NCBI RefSeq assembly: GCF_006345805.1
Contig: NC_043012.1
Span: 34,534,001-34,598,000 of the forward strand
Reading direction: 5' to 3'
Length of the DNA: 64,000 bases
DNA from: Octopus sinensis
Lineage: Eukaryota
Shown: positions 62,697-64,000 of the stretch, in pieces
Layout: every line of letters begins with the position of its first letter
How positions within the stretch are numbered: the stretch's first letter is position 1
Program-made: the position numbers and the translations under genes
Notes under the pieces: generated by a model
Database searches by the model: none
Told to the model about the DNA's origin: nothing
What the model saw: the letters and a program-made list of their open reading frames with translations, nothing else

Positions 62697-63401
62697 TTAA
62701 TAGCTTGCCGTGCGTGTCTCATGCTGTACGTAACCAAAATGTATTCTATTCTTGAGAACACAATAGAAGAAATTCCTGCAGGCAAAATACATTGGCAAGT
62801 ACAATTTGTGAAGTGTTACGTGTGGGATGTGTGGGATGTTCTGAGCTAGATCTCTCATAGACGAAGTTAGCAATGAAACATACGACTCTAATTGCAACAT
62901 GCGTTTGTGTTTGATGCGGTATTGCAATTTTCCGCAGAAGAAAAGTAGGATTGTAGCATCAACACCGGAAACGGATCCATTATGATTGTAAAATTGAAGT
63001 GTGCATAACCATGTGGTTGTCTACGCAAAGCTATACCTTTGATTGAAGCAGAAGTGATTGCTTTCACTGTTAGAGGGTAGTGAAAAGTGCGAAATGTACT
63101 CACTCGAGCTCACTGAATTAGGTAGAGAACTCGTCCACGGTGCGACATCATGGCCATCTTGCAGCCAACGTGGCGTTGATGCTATTGTCACTATAATATG
63201 CGTCACACACATGCGCACGCACACACACACACATGCGCACGCACACACACACACATGCGCACGCACACACACACACACATGCGCACGCACACACACATTA
63301 TTATTATTATGGTTATTTAAAACAGTTTGATTCGGCTCCATGCCATGCTTTAAATAATACATGTAATTCTTACAATATATATGTGTGTGTTTGTATGTAT
63401 G

Positions 63402-63714
63402 TATATATAAAAATTAGAAAGAAACCACCTTTTATCAATTCAAAATGAACAATTAAATTACACCATCTAGAAAATTACAATTACATATAATAGAAATATT
63501 AAAATTAAAATAACAATAATATACCGATGATTAAGTAAATTGCAAAATAATAAAAAAAAGATATATATATTATTATCTTGCAATTTACTTAATCATCGGT
63601 ATATTATTGTTATTTTAATTTTAATATTTCTATTATATGTAATTTTCTAGATGGTGTAATTTAATTGTTCATTTTGAATTGATAAAAGGTGGGTTTTTCT
63701 AATTTTTATATATA
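63402..63714. repeat. Long near-perfect inverted repeat: ~150/144-bp arms, ~18-bp spacer
   Basis: 63402-63552 is the reverse complement of 63571-63714 apart from a 6-bp aattac duplication and about three substitutions. Confidence 0.96.
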
Positions 63715-64000
63715 TATTTATATATACATATATATATATTATATTTTGTGAAATTTAATTTAGTATTTCTAAATTGAATTTTTCCCTGTAAGTGATGAAT
63801 AATATTCCTTCAAATAATTATTATATGTGTGTATATATAACAACGCATCCAGCACCATTCATTCCACCCACGTACATGCACATATACCATCTTATTATCA
63901 TTCAATCTTGGTAATTTCTGTCTTGAGTCCTTGGAATCATGCCGCCGGTTTCCTGACTTCTGTGGGATGTGAGTTACCGAAATAAAAACAATCGCCCTGA

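Overview
Eukaryotic (animal) genomic DNA: AT-rich, saturated with di-, tri- and tetranucleotide microsatellites, with a 100-N scaffold gap at 3437-3536. The repeat repertoire strongly suggests a coleoid cephalopod, probably Octopus; this is inferred from repeat style, not from a database match. I find no intact protein-coding gene, and almost all listed ORFs are microsatellite or SINE artefacts, so the window looks intergenic or deep-intronic. Contents: about 15 copies of one young ~235-bp tRNA-type SINE (family A), three other tRNA-head SINE families, seven copies of a Penelope-like short repeat carrying a degenerate hammerhead-like motif (family B), six non-autonomous Helitron-like elements, decayed DNA transposons (two mariners, a Tc1/mariner fragment, hAT-Charlie, Chapaev-like, a piggyBac-type MITE) and decayed LINE fragments (three R4/Dong-like, several RTE-like). 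There are also four fold-back palindromes, a 76-bp tandem repeat, a local ~200-bp duplication and several unique islands rich in homeodomain/Sox/Fox/TCF motifs. The most notable observations are (i) family-A SINEs whose target-site duplications begin with the SINE's own 3' end (GGTAT), together with a dimeric copy that could explain this, (ii) the hammerhead-like family B, (iii) long near-perfect palindromes and (iv) a pre-miRNA-like hairpin at 59571-59643. No new biological system can be demonstrated from the sequence alone.
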